DNA of 64,000 nucleotides from an uncultured delta proteobacterium (GTDB taxonomy: Bacteria; Desulfobacterota; Desulfovibrionia; Desulfovibrionales; Desulfovibrionaceae). Below the pieces are notes generated by a model. That model did not search any database. It had not been told where the DNA came from and worked only from the letters and a program-made list of their open reading frames with translations. The translations under genes and the position numbers were made by a program. Positions 39,091-47,479 of this stretch are shown here, piece after piece. The DNA lies in NCBI GenBank assembly GCA_900079685.1, contig LT599018.1, positions 2,909,990 through 2,973,989 of the forward strand. Direction: 5' to 3'. The stretch's first letter is position 1. Each line of letters opens with the position of its first letter.

Positions 39091-39393
39091 TTATTGATGC
39101 GCCACAGGCCCGCAATCTGTTTTCACGTCGAGGGGAACGCCAAGCGACTTGGTAATCTTCAAAATAGTCTCAAAGCGGGGCTTTGTCCCAGGGGAAAAGG
39201 TCTTATACAGGCTTTCCCGGCTGAGGCCGGTATCTTTGGCGAGTTGCGCCATACCCCGCGCTTTTGCCACGTCGCCAAGGGCGGCAAGGAAAACATCCGG
39301 GTTGGGGTCCTCCAGGCAAGCGGAGAGGTATTCCGCTATCACTTCTTCATTGTCGAGATAGCGGGCGACGTCAAATTCACGAATCTTGATCAT
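39091..39393 (-). CDS. addiction-module antidote protein (HigA-like)
   Basis: YLDNEEVIAEYLSACLEDPNPDVFLAALGDVAKARGMAQLAKDTGLSRESLYKTFS is typical of the antidote family. 4-nt overlap with the upstream killer gene. Confidence 0.75.
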   Translation of the reverse strand: MIKIREFDVARYLDNEEVIAEYLSACLEDPNPDVFLAALGDVAKARGMAQLAKDTGLSRESLYKTFSPGTKPRFETILKITKSLGVPLDVKTDCGPVAHQ

Positions 39394-39695
39394 AGCCCTT
39401 TCTCCTTAATTTCTCGCCACATGGCTTTCGCCAGCTTGATGTCCCGCGCCTGTGAGCTTTTGTCTCCGCCAACTATGAGCAGATAGACGTTCAGCCCTTC
39501 TTGCGCGTAATACACCCGATAGCCAGGGCCGAAATCAATGCGCATTTCTGAAACACCCTCTCCTGCCGGTTTGCAATCTCCGAAGTTTCCCGCTTTAGCC
39601 GACCGCAGCCGGGCGAATATTCGCGCCCGGCCCTTATGGTCTTTGAGCTTTTCCAGCCAATCGGCGAAAATATCCGTTTCATGAAGGGTATTCAT
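39390..39695 (-). CDS. addiction-module killer protein (RelE/HigB-like)
   Basis: FADWLEKLKD...ARLRSAKAGNFGDCKPAGEGVSEMRIDFGPGYRVYY...LLIVGGDKSSQARDI. Confidence 0.75.
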   Translation of the reverse strand: MNTLHETDIFADWLEKLKDHKGRARIFARLRSAKAGNFGDCKPAGEGVSEMRIDFGPGYRVYYAQEGLNVYLLIVGGDKSSQARDIKLAKAMWREIKEKGL

Positions 39696-39790
39696 GGAGG
39701 CATTGTAGCCTATGGGATACAAAAGTCAAGAGCACCATGAAGCGTTCACTTGAAAAAATAAGGTTATCTGCCGCATGCCGTAAGCCCGGT

Positions 39791-40297
39791 TTATGAACCG
39801 GCGAAAAGCCGCCTGACATGGTCCAGCCCAAGAAAGAGAACGAGCGGATCAAAGGGCGAGGCGGCAAAGCCCCGCGCCCGGTAAAAGGCGGCAGCCCGCT
39901 CATGCAGCGCATGGACGAGCAAGGCGCGAATGCCCGCAATGTCCGCCGCCTGAAGCGTCCTCAACAGGGCGTCCCGTAACATGCCGGTCCCAGCGTTTTG
40001 TCCGGCATAACGCCGGTCAACCGCAAGGCGGGCCAGAATCATAACCGGAATGGGCTGGGGCATGTTCCGCCGGACACTGCCCGGCGCGAACTTGTGTTCA
40101 ATGCTCCCCACAGCCAAAGAGTAATACCCGGCAACCTCGTTGCCGGAGCAGACGACATAGGTGCGGGTAGCGCCGGAAGTTTCGTTTTTCAGCGCCCGCT
40201 GGCGCAACCAGTCATCCAGCGAAGATTCCCCGCAAAAAAACTGGGAGGCATCATGCGCCGCAGTCAGTGGGGCAGGAGCGGAGAGCGCCAAGCTCAT
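39791..40297 (-). CDS. GNAT-family acetyltransferase toxin (TacT/KacT-like)
   Basis: FFCGESSLDDWLRQRALKNE...GYYSLAVGSI...LARLAVDRRYAGQNAGTGML. ATGA overlap with the upstream DUF1778-type gene. Confidence 0.75.
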   Translation of the reverse strand: MSLALSAPAPLTAAHDASQFFCGESSLDDWLRQRALKNETSGATRTYVVCSGNEVAGYYSLAVGSIEHKFAPGSVRRNMPQPIPVMILARLAVDRRYAGQNAGTGMLRDALLRTLQAADIAGIRALLVHALHERAAAFYRARGFAASPFDPLVLFLGLDHVRRLFAGS

Positions 40298-40569
40298 TGT
40301 TTTTGCCACGGCGCTTGGGTTGCGAAAAGTTTGCCCAAACCGCGCACCTGTTCCTCGGATGGCGGGGTGTCCAGGGCTGTTTGCAGTTCGTTCCACGTAT
40401 CGCTGTCCAGCGTGAAGCGCGTCCGGTCGAGAATCACCTCTTCAGCAATCCGGAGGGTGTTTTCAAGAATAAACGCCGTCCGGCTTTTTCCCATGCTCTG
40501 GGCCGCCTGGTCGATCAGCGCTTTTTCCGCGTCGGAAATACGCAGGTTTATGGATGCTGTCGCGGTCAT
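40294..40569 (-). CDS. DUF1778-family antitoxin (TacA-like)
   Basis: INLRISDAEKALIDQAAQSMGKSRTAFILE is the typical ribbon-helix-helix N-terminus. AGGAG lies upstream. Confidence 0.75.
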   Translation of the reverse strand: MTATASINLRISDAEKALIDQAAQSMGKSRTAFILENTLRIAEEVILDRTRFTLDSDTWNELQTALDTPPSEEQVRGLGKLFATQAPWQKQ

Positions 40570-40655
40570 GGCGATGGTCTCCTTTTTCAGGAAAATATAG
40601 CGCCCTCTTGCGTTTGTCAATACATTGTATATACAGACAGGCGCACTCAAAAATC

Positions 40656-40944
40656 TTAGCGCCCGGCCAGATCATCTTTGTACATCATATAGGCAATGAC
40701 GGCCTTTTTAATAAAATTCCTGACAAATTCATACTCACTCATCAACAGCAACAAATCCAGGGCAGTCATTCCCGTACCTTTGTAATACCAGTTTCTCACT
40801 CTCTCGGTCGGGAGGACAAGCTCATAGGCTATCTGTTTTGAGGTCAATCGCTGCTTTCTTATGATTTCCACAAGATGCTTTGTCAGATGATTATTCCCAC
40901 GCGCATTTTTGTGGCAAATCTGCCACAAGTTACTTCTGGACATG
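40656..40944 (-). CDS. hypothetical HTH-like protein
   Basis: 96-aa ORF preceded by AGGAG, divergent from the serine recombinase gene. Confidence 0.4.
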
Positions 40945-41009
40945 CATTTCTCCTTAGTTAAAAGTATGAATCTGGATTTTTTCAGCCGCTGCAAGGAGAT
41001 ACAAGCCAG

Positions 41010-42578
41010 ATGCCACAGGCGGGAACCGCATATACAATAGGTGAAATAAAGAAACTGCGCCTGAGAGGTGCCATGTATATCCGCATGTCCACAGAATTGC
41101 AGGTGGAGTCCCCCGAAAATCAGGGGCGTGAAATACGTGCGTATGCAGACAGTTACGGCATTGAAATCGTCTCAATATACACCGATCTTGGCGTCAGCGG
41201 CATGAAGGCCGAGGGGCGCGAGCAATTTCAAGCCATGCTGGATGATGTCGAATCCGGTCGTAATGAATACAGCATCGTTTTGTATCTGGATGACAGCCGG
41301 TGGGGGCGCTTTGTCGATAGTGGGGAGGCGGAATATTACCGCATGCGGCTGAAACTCAGAGGAGTTATCTGCCAGGCCTGCGACAAGCCGCTTACCATGA
41401 CCGCTACTTTTGCGGATCGCCTTCTGACGATGGTGAAAGACGAGAGCGCCAGTGACTATTGCCGCCAGCTTTCGCAAAAAGTGTTTGTCGGCCAACGCAA
41501 TCTGATTCTAAAGGGATACAGGCAAGGCGGTCCGGCGGGGTTCGGCTTACGCCGGGTGCTTGTGGATGAATCCGGAAACCCCAAGCAAGAGTTGACTATC
41601 GGCCAACGCAAAAGCCTCCAGACAGAAAGAGTCGTGCTGGCCCCCGGTCCTGGGGCTGAACAGGAAACCGTGCGCTGGATGTACGATCAGTTCATTGCCG
41701 GAGCACGGGAAACAGAAATCGCGGACATGCTTAATGCCGAAGGCTGCCTGACGGACTTTGGCAGATTCTGGACGAGAGGTTCTGTACGGGAAGTGCTGAC
41801 CAACGAAAAATATATCGGCAACAACCTGTACAACCGCAGATCCGGAAAATTGAAAAGCAAGCCCAAGCCAAATCCGGAGAGCGAATGGATACGGAAGGAA
41901 CGAGCTTTCCAGCCGGTTGTTGATGCCGAACAATTCTACACCGTTCAAAGGCTCATCCGGGAGCGGCATAAAAAGATATCCGACATTGAGATGCTGGAAC
42001 GTCTCAGATCGTTACATGCTCAAACGGGCCGCTTGTCCGCCATGATCATTGACGAGTCGGAAAACATGCCTCCGAGCAGTCTTTATAGCAGCCGGTTTGG
42101 CGGATTGCTGCGCGCGTATACCCTGATCGGGTATATGCCGGAGCGGGATTACCGGTATGTGGAGATTAACCAGAGACTCCGGATCTTGCACGGTGATATT
42201 GTTTCGCAAACAGTGTCGGACATAGAAGAGCTGTGTGGACGGCGAATATGTATCGACCCGGAAACAAGCCTGCTCGAATTGAATCACAATTTATTCATAT
42301 CAATAGTTATCAGCAGATGTTTCCTTACCTCTTTCGGGATGCGCCGGTGGAAAATCCGGTTTGATACCGGGCTACACCCCGACATCACTGTGGCTGTGCG
42401 CATGGATGCGGCAAATGAAAATATACATGATTACTATATCCTGCCCGCGTTGGAATTTGGGAACAGCGCCTTGAGGTTACAGGATGAAAACGCCGATCTG
42501 TTAGATAGTTTTCGTGCGGACAGCCTTGATTACCTTCTGGGAATGAGCATTAACATCAGCCTCGACAAGGCGGTATAA
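41010..42578 (+). CDS. large serine recombinase
   Basis: Resolvase catalytic N-terminus AMYIRMSTELQVESPENQ...YTDLGVSGMK...LDDSRWGR, followed by a recombinase domain. 522 aa. Confidence 0.85.
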   Translation: MPQAGTAYTIGEIKKLRLRGAMYIRMSTELQVESPENQGREIRAYADSYGIEIVSIYTDLGVSGMKAEGREQFQAMLDDVESGRNEYSIVLYLDDSRWGRFVDSGEAEYYRMRLKLRGVICQACDKPLTMTATFADRLLTMVKDESASDYCRQLSQKVFVGQRNLILKGYRQGGPAGFGLRRVLVDESGNPKQELTIGQRKSLQTERVVLAPGPGAEQETVRWMYDQFIAGARETEIADMLNAEGCLTDFGRFWTRGSVREVLTNEKYIGNNLYNRRSGKLKSKPKPNPESEWIRKERAFQPVVDAEQFYTVQRLIRERHKKISDIEMLERLRSLHAQTGRLSAMIIDESENMPPSSLYSSRFGGLLRAYTLIGYMPERDYRYVEINQRLRILHGDIVSQTVSDIEELCGRRICIDPETSLLELNHNLFISIVISRCFLTSFGMRRWKIRFDTGLHPDITVAVRMDAANENIHDYYILPALEFGNSALRLQDENADLLDSFRADSLDYLLGMSINISLDKAV

Positions 42579-42579
42579 G

Positions 42580-43467
42580 ATGGAAGCCAATGAAGTCATC
42601 CTTATCCCCGTTAGTGAAGTCCATATTTTGAATCCGCGCGTGCGTAACCAGAACATCGCTGAAGAGATCCGCCGTAACATCAGGAATGTCGGGCTGAAGC
42701 GCCCTATTACTGTAACCTTAAGCACAAACCGTAAATCCGGGAAAAAATACGATCTCGTCTGCGGCCAAGGACGATTAGAGGCCTTTATTGATGCTGGCGA
42801 AACGGAAATTCCCGCCATCATAATAGAAGTCGACAGGGAAGGCGCTCATATCATGAGCTTGGTGGAAAACATCGCTCGTCGGAACAATAACCCCTTGGAG
42901 TTACTCCATGGTATCACTTACTTGAAAGAGCAAGGCTATACCGATGGGGAAATAGCCGGAAAAACAGGTCTCAGTCGGGAATGGATTCGCGGAATAGGAA
43001 AATTATTGGAAAGCGGAGAAGAGCGCCTGGTGAGCGCGGTGGAAAAGGGGCGTATACCGCTTTCCGTCGCTCTGCAAATTGCTGTCGAAGATGACGCCGC
43101 CATACAGACGGCCCTGATGGAAGCCTATGAGACGGGCCAACTCAGCGGGGCCAAGCTCGTTGCCGTGCAGAGGCTGCTTGATCGACGCAAGCATTACGGC
43201 AAATACTATGGGAAAAAGATGCCAGCTCCTTCAAAAAAGAGGCCGCAGCTCTCCACCGAGGAACTGGTTGCGGTTTATGAGAACAATATCAAAAATAAAA
43301 AACGGCTGATCGCCAAAGCCGACCACCTCAAGCGAGTGCTGGCGTTTTCAGCGGCAGCCCTGAACGAATTGCTGCGTGATGAGCATTTTACCAATCAGTT
43401 AAAGGCGGAAGGGGTGAACGACATTCCCGAACGGCTGGCTGATTTGCTCGGCGAGGTGTACGCATGA
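42580..43467 (+). CDS. ParB/Srx-fold N-terminal domain protein (RepB-like), copy A
   Basis: VHILNPRVRN...YDLVCGQGRLEAFIDAG...SLVENIARR. Starts 2 nt after the recombinase stop. Confidence 0.7.
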   Translation: MEANEVILIPVSEVHILNPRVRNQNIAEEIRRNIRNVGLKRPITVTLSTNRKSGKKYDLVCGQGRLEAFIDAGETEIPAIIIEVDREGAHIMSLVENIARRNNNPLELLHGITYLKEQGYTDGEIAGKTGLSREWIRGIGKLLESGEERLVSAVEKGRIPLSVALQIAVEDDAAIQTALMEAYETGQLSGAKLVAVQRLLDRRKHYGKYYGKKMPAPSKKRPQLSTEELVAVYENNIKNKKRLIAKADHLKRVLAFSAAALNELLRDEHFTNQLKAEGVNDIPERLADLLGEVYA

Positions 43468-44357
43468 GCCCTGGAATCAAACACGGCTTTGAAAGAAAGC
43501 TTGTCACACTCGCCATAGCGGACCTGCGTCTTACCAAAACTCTGTCCGTGCATATCAAACAAGGGCAGAAGTATTTACAAATATTGTCCTCCATCCGGGA
43601 AGCCGGCCTTATTGAACCGCCGGTTGTCGTTCTCTCCGGCAAGGGCCGCGAGTACCTTCTTTTGGACGGGCACCTGCGGATTATGGCGCTGACTGAATTG
43701 GGCAAGACGGAGGTGAACTGTCTGGTGTCGGTGGATGACGAAGGCTACACCTACAACAAGTTCATCAACAGGCTCTCGGCTGTCCAGGAACACAAAATGA
43801 TCGTGAAAGCCCTCAACGATGGTGTTTCTGAAGAAAAGCTGGCGGCGTCGCTAAACCTTAATATAAAATCAATTCGCAATAAAAAGACCATGTTGGATGG
43901 AGTCTGCCAGGAAGCCGCCGATTTGCTGAAAGACAAAATCATGTCGGAGAACGTATTCCGGGTATTGAAGAAAATGAAACCCCTGCGGCAAATCAAGGTC
44001 GCCATGATTATGAACGACCAAAAGCGTTACAGCGATGCGTATGCCAAGATTTTGCTGGAAGGAACGTCTCCCGACCAGCTTGTTCATGAGCCGAAGAAAA
44101 AAAAGCTTTCACCGGCCGCTCTGGAAAAACGCATGCGCCTGGAAGAGGAGAGCATCGCATTGAGCGAGGACATCCGTGCCCTGAATGATTCCTATGGAAC
44201 GGACATGATCCATCTGAACATCGTTCAGTCATATCTGAAAAGGCTGATGGGCAACGAAAAGATTGCGGGCTACCTGCAAAAACATCACCCGGAAACCCAT
44301 GAAAAGTTTTCTGAAATAGCCGAAATGGATTTTTTCAAAATGAAGGCTGTGAGCTGA
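43464..44357 (+). CDS. ParB/Srx-fold N-terminal domain protein (RepB-like), copy B
   Basis: IREAGLIEPPVVV...YLLLDGHLRIMAL. ATGA overlap with copy A. Confidence 0.65.
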   Translation: MSPGIKHGFERKLVTLAIADLRLTKTLSVHIKQGQKYLQILSSIREAGLIEPPVVVLSGKGREYLLLDGHLRIMALTELGKTEVNCLVSVDDEGYTYNKFINRLSAVQEHKMIVKALNDGVSEEKLAASLNLNIKSIRNKKTMLDGVCQEAADLLKDKIMSENVFRVLKKMKPLRQIKVAMIMNDQKRYSDAYAKILLEGTSPDQLVHEPKKKKLSPAALEKRMRLEEESIALSEDIRALNDSYGTDMIHLNIVQSYLKRLMGNEKIAGYLQKHHPETHEKFSEIAEMDFFKMKAVS

Positions 44358-44454
44358 GTTGGGCTGGCCGGAGACACAGAAGGGAGCTGCTCCCGCTCCA
44401 CCTTCTTTTCCAGACCTTTCATCTGCTGCCAAGAACTTCAGTCCATGAGCGAAA

Positions 44455-44495
44455 AGGAGGGGAAGGCCGGATTTTGGCCTTTCCCTCCCTTCACG
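44455..44495. terminator. bidirectional terminator-like hairpin
   Basis: GGAGGGGAAGGCC...GGCCTTTCCCTCC stem (12 of 13 pairs) with flanking T/A runs, between convergent genes. Confidence 0.5.
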
Positions 44496-44744
44496 CTACC
44501 GCTTCTTGTTGCTCTGGCTGACAACGCTGCCCGCCAGCGAGCGGGTCAGGTCGCTGTAAAACGGGTTTTGCAAAATCCGCCCGGCGACGGTTTCCATCTC
44601 GGTCCCGGTTTCGTTGCTCGTTGAAGACTGGGACAGAACGGAACCTGCCAGCCTCCGCTGAATGGCGGAAGCATTTTCATCGGCAAGCGTGCGAGCCGCT
44701 ACGGAGGCCATCGGTTCAGAGGTGCGCTTCGTGTTTTTGGTCAT
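44496..44744 (-). CDS. small hypothetical protein with an internal repeat
   Basis: 82 aa containing RRLAGSVLSQSS and RSLAGSVVSQSN. Confidence 0.4.
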   Translation of the reverse strand: MTKNTKRTSEPMASVAARTLADENASAIQRRLAGSVLSQSSTSNETGTEMETVAGRILQNPFYSDLTRSLAGSVVSQSNKKR

Positions 44745-44940
44745 GATACTATCTCCATGGGGTTATGCAGAACGAGTTTGCGCGTAGCTCTTAAAATGAG
44801 GGGCAATCATCACATTCTTACCGGGGATATTGCGCGCCGGGGATTCGTTCCGCAGGGTTGAATTTCCCCTTTTCGTTTTTCGGCAATGTTTCTATCTGTG
44901 CTGGCGTGGCAGCAGACATGGCTTCTTCATTAGTTGGCTG

Positions 44941-45720
44941 TTATCTCCTTTTCTTCCGCCGACCGCGCTCTCTTGCCAGAAGCAACCACTCCAATTGGAA
45001 GATGTCATGCTGAAAGGCCAAATCCATTGCGGGCTTAAAGCGCTTATTCACATCATTTGGTTCGCTGATGCCCAGTTCACCTGCAATATCCTCGTTGCTC
45101 TTGCCCTCCAGGGCAGCGATGAGGGCACGCAGGTCTTTCCCTTGCTTTTCGCTTTTTGGGTATTGCGGAAGTAGCGCATGCAGCTTCTCCAACGAAGACC
45201 GCGAGAACATTTCTTTGCCTGTGCCGCGAAGAAGTTCCGCATTTCGCACAAGATACAGATAGAACGCCTTCTTCACGGTGATGGATTGCCCCATAAAGTG
45301 CAGGAGTTCTTCTTTTTTGAAGAATATCCGGGAGAAATCTTTCTTTTCCTGAAGCCAGTGATAGTAGACATGAGGCCTGCCGCTAACGGCTTTCCTAAAA
45401 TAGCGTGCGAATGGATCGTTGCTTTCCATAACTCCGGGAATGTTCCCGGTAAAAGGCGTGTCACACTCCACGTAGACTTGGGGGTGCGTCTCCTTGTTTT
45501 CCGGAAGGGCACAGGTCGTTATGAACCTATCCAGCGCCCGCTCAGAAAAAAGATGGGAAAACCTCTCTGATCGGAGGAGCTTTTCGGCGCAGATATAGAG
45601 AGAAGAAGGCTCGGATGTCAGCCGTTCATCTATGTCCAGCACCATGTCGCCAGGAGCCATCTCTTCACCCGGCGTTATGGTGCCGATCTTTCCGGCAATA
45701 CCTGAAAATAAAAAAGACAT
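44941..45720 (-). CDS. hypothetical protein (possible C-terminal HTH)
   Basis: 259-aa ORF from MSFLFSGIAG. The C-terminus ALIAALEGKSNEDIAGELGIS looks HTH-like. No family recognised, and GC is lower than the flanks. Confidence 0.45.
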   Translation of the reverse strand: MSFLFSGIAGKIGTITPGEEMAPGDMVLDIDERLTSEPSSLYICAEKLLRSERFSHLFSERALDRFITTCALPENKETHPQVYVECDTPFTGNIPGVMESNDPFARYFRKAVSGRPHVYYHWLQEKKDFSRIFFKKEELLHFMGQSITVKKAFYLYLVRNAELLRGTGKEMFSRSSLEKLHALLPQYPKSEKQGKDLRALIAALEGKSNEDIAGELGISEPNDVNKRFKPAMDLAFQHDIFQLEWLLLARERGRRKKRR

Positions 45721-45754
45721 TTTTTTTCGAACAGTCGAAATGAAAAGATACATT

Positions 45755-46033
45755 TTATATTCGTCTTGAGGATCCCGGCGAATAGGCGAAACGAGGCTCG
45801 CGATACGAAAACCGAATGTAATCATCAATATAGCGGTCGAGCGCTTCGGCAAGCGTGGTACCTTCCGCCTCCGTGCGGGAGACGAACACACCCCGATCCA
45901 TTTCGCCTTCAATGTCCCGAGCCCAAACTTCGGCTTCGTATTTGGTTTCAAAGGTCTTGCAGGTGACGGGCCACCCTTTACGGCGAATGCGGGCTTCCCA
46001 TTGCAGGTCGCCGCGTTTTCGGATTGTTGCCAT
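45755..46033 (-). pseudogene. tyrosine integrase, N-terminal arm-binding stub
   Basis: MATIRKRGDLQWEARIRRKGWPVTCKTFETKYEAEVWARDIEGEMDRG is a classic integrase N-terminus. It loses similarity after ...LDRYIDDYI and stops, with no catalytic domain. Confidence 0.75.
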
Positions 46034-46172
46034 GCCGTTCCTCCTTGCTCCATTTTGCTCCACTCCCGAACAGACTTGAAAAAGCACTCGCGCCATAGCC
46101 GGGGTGAAGCGGCTGCTATGAAAAAGTAGCCCGCTATCATTCGGGCTTTTCAGCCAGTTCCGAAAGCGTGAG

Positions 46173-46211
46173 TGGAGCAGCCGTTGGAGCAAGTGGAGCA
46201 AATTTGGAGCA
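46173..46211. repeat. TGGAGCA repeat cluster (candidate integrase arm-type sites)
   Basis: TGGAGCA at 46173, 46185, 46194 and 46205, with 9-12 nt spacing. Two inverted copies lie at about 46044-46062. Confidence 0.5.
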
Positions 46212-46221
46212 ATAAAGCAAA

Positions 46222-46260
46222 TGAAAACGAAAAAGGGACTTACGATCTCTCGTAAGCCCC
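46222..46260 (-). terminator. intrinsic terminator of tRNA-Asn
   Basis: Stem GGGGCTTACG/CGTAAGTCCC (one mismatch). On the minus strand it is followed by TTTTTCGTTTTC. Confidence 0.65.
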
Positions 46261-46269
46261 TGATTTCTC

Positions 46270-46345
46270 TGGCTCCCCGGGACGGGGTTGAACCGCCGAC
46301 CTAGTGATTAACAGTCACCCGCTCTGCCGATTGAGCTACCGGGGA
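46270..46345 (-). tRNA. tRNA-Asn: tRNA-Asn (anticodon GTT)
   Basis: Hand-folded cloverleaf: acceptor TCCCCGG/CCGGGGA, anticodon loop CTGTTAA, T-arm GGCGG-TTCAACC-CCGTC, encoded CCA. Confidence 0.9.
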
Positions 46346-46495
46346 ATATGACGCCGTTGTCCAGCGCGTGGGAGTATGTACGCCAAATTCAAAAAGGCGT
46401 CAACAACTCATCCCGTCGGGATGCATTTTTCCGGGCTCCTCCGGAGGCGGTTCCGGGATGCGCCCCCCCGTGAAGGTGCGGCGCGTATCCCCGGT

Positions 46496-47122
46496 TCAGA
46501 GTTTCAACGCGCCCCACACCTTGCCCACAATTTCTTCAGAGGGCCTGAGGGTTCTCTGACCGGGCTTCCAACGGGCGGGGCAGGCCTGTTCCGGGTTCTT
46601 GGCAAGATGCACGTTGGCCTCAAGCTTGCGGATCAGTTCATCAACGTTGCGGCCGACGTTGTTGAGGTTGACTTCCGCGCTTACCAGGGTGCCGTCCGGG
46701 CTGATGATGAACGTACCGCGATACGCCGTGCCGGAGGCCTCATCGTACACGCCGAAGTAACGGGAGATGCAGCCGGTGCCGTCTGCGGCCATCTGGAATT
46801 TGACGTCTTCCAGGAATTTTTCGCTTCTCTGCCAGGCCATGTGCGCGAATTTCGTGTCCGTGGAAACGGAGATGACTTCCACCCCCAACTCCTGGAATTT
46901 TTTACGCTGGTCCGCGAGGTCGGCCAGTTCCGTAGGGCAGACGAACGTGAAATCCGCGGGGTAGAAAAAGATGACCACCCAATGGCCTTTCTGCAGATAT
47001 TCGTTGAGGCTGTGGTCTTCAAAACCGCCTTGCGCGGGGTTGAAGGTTTCAAATGCAAAGTCGCTCACTTTCCGGCCCATAGCCGCCTTCCCCGACAGCA
47101 TGACGCACGTTTCCGGGTTCAT
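46496..47122 (-). CDS. typical 2-Cys peroxiredoxin (AhpC/Prx1 type)
   Basis: Peroxidatic motif FTFVCPTE and resolving-Cys context EQACPARWKPG. AAGGAGG precedes the ATG. Confidence 0.85.
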   Translation of the reverse strand: MNPETCVMLSGKAAMGRKVSDFAFETFNPAQGGFEDHSLNEYLQKGHWVVIFFYPADFTFVCPTELADLADQRKKFQELGVEVISVSTDTKFAHMAWQRSEKFLEDVKFQMAADGTGCISRYFGVYDEASGTAYRGTFIISPDGTLVSAEVNLNNVGRNVDELIRKLEANVHLAKNPEQACPARWKPGQRTLRPSEEIVGKVWGALKL

Positions 47123-47408
47123 AAAGACCTCCTTAAAATAATAGTGGTTATTACATTTGATAATAGAAATATACATTCATGGCAACATATCCCTTCAGTA
47201 TATTCATGAACACGCAGCAGCCACATTATTATCAGCGCCGGCGGGTGCGGCGTGGCGTCGAATATTCGCTCCCCGGCAGTAAGGGTGCAAGAAACGCGGG
47301 ACTTCGCGGATGCTCGCAAGCTGCGCCTGGTGCGCGCGTCGGGCATTGCCGTATTGCTCTCTTGGCGGATTCTCGTGCATCCGCTTGACAGAAAACGCTA
47401 AAACCATG

Positions 47409-47467
47409 TATGTGTATATGCACAAATTGGAAAAGTTTTTTTATTTTTACTTGTGCATATACACATA
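47409..47467. promoter_or_regulatory. 17-bp perfect inverted repeat (candidate operator pair)
   Basis: TATGTGTATATGCACAA (47409-47425) and its exact reverse complement (47451-47467), separated by a 25-nt AT-rich spacer. It ends 12 nt before the MFS start codon. Confidence 0.5.
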
Positions 47468-47479
47468 TATGAGGACAGT

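Noticed and set aside
35918-46033. The idea that the integrase catalytic fragment (35918-36568) and the N-terminal stub (45755-46033) are two halves of one gene
   Set aside because: They are 9 kb apart with unrelated junctions (IS30 versus a low-GC breakpoint). The stub is of the long arm-binding type, whereas the catalytic fragment looks like a short Xer-like recombinase. I cannot support a common origin.
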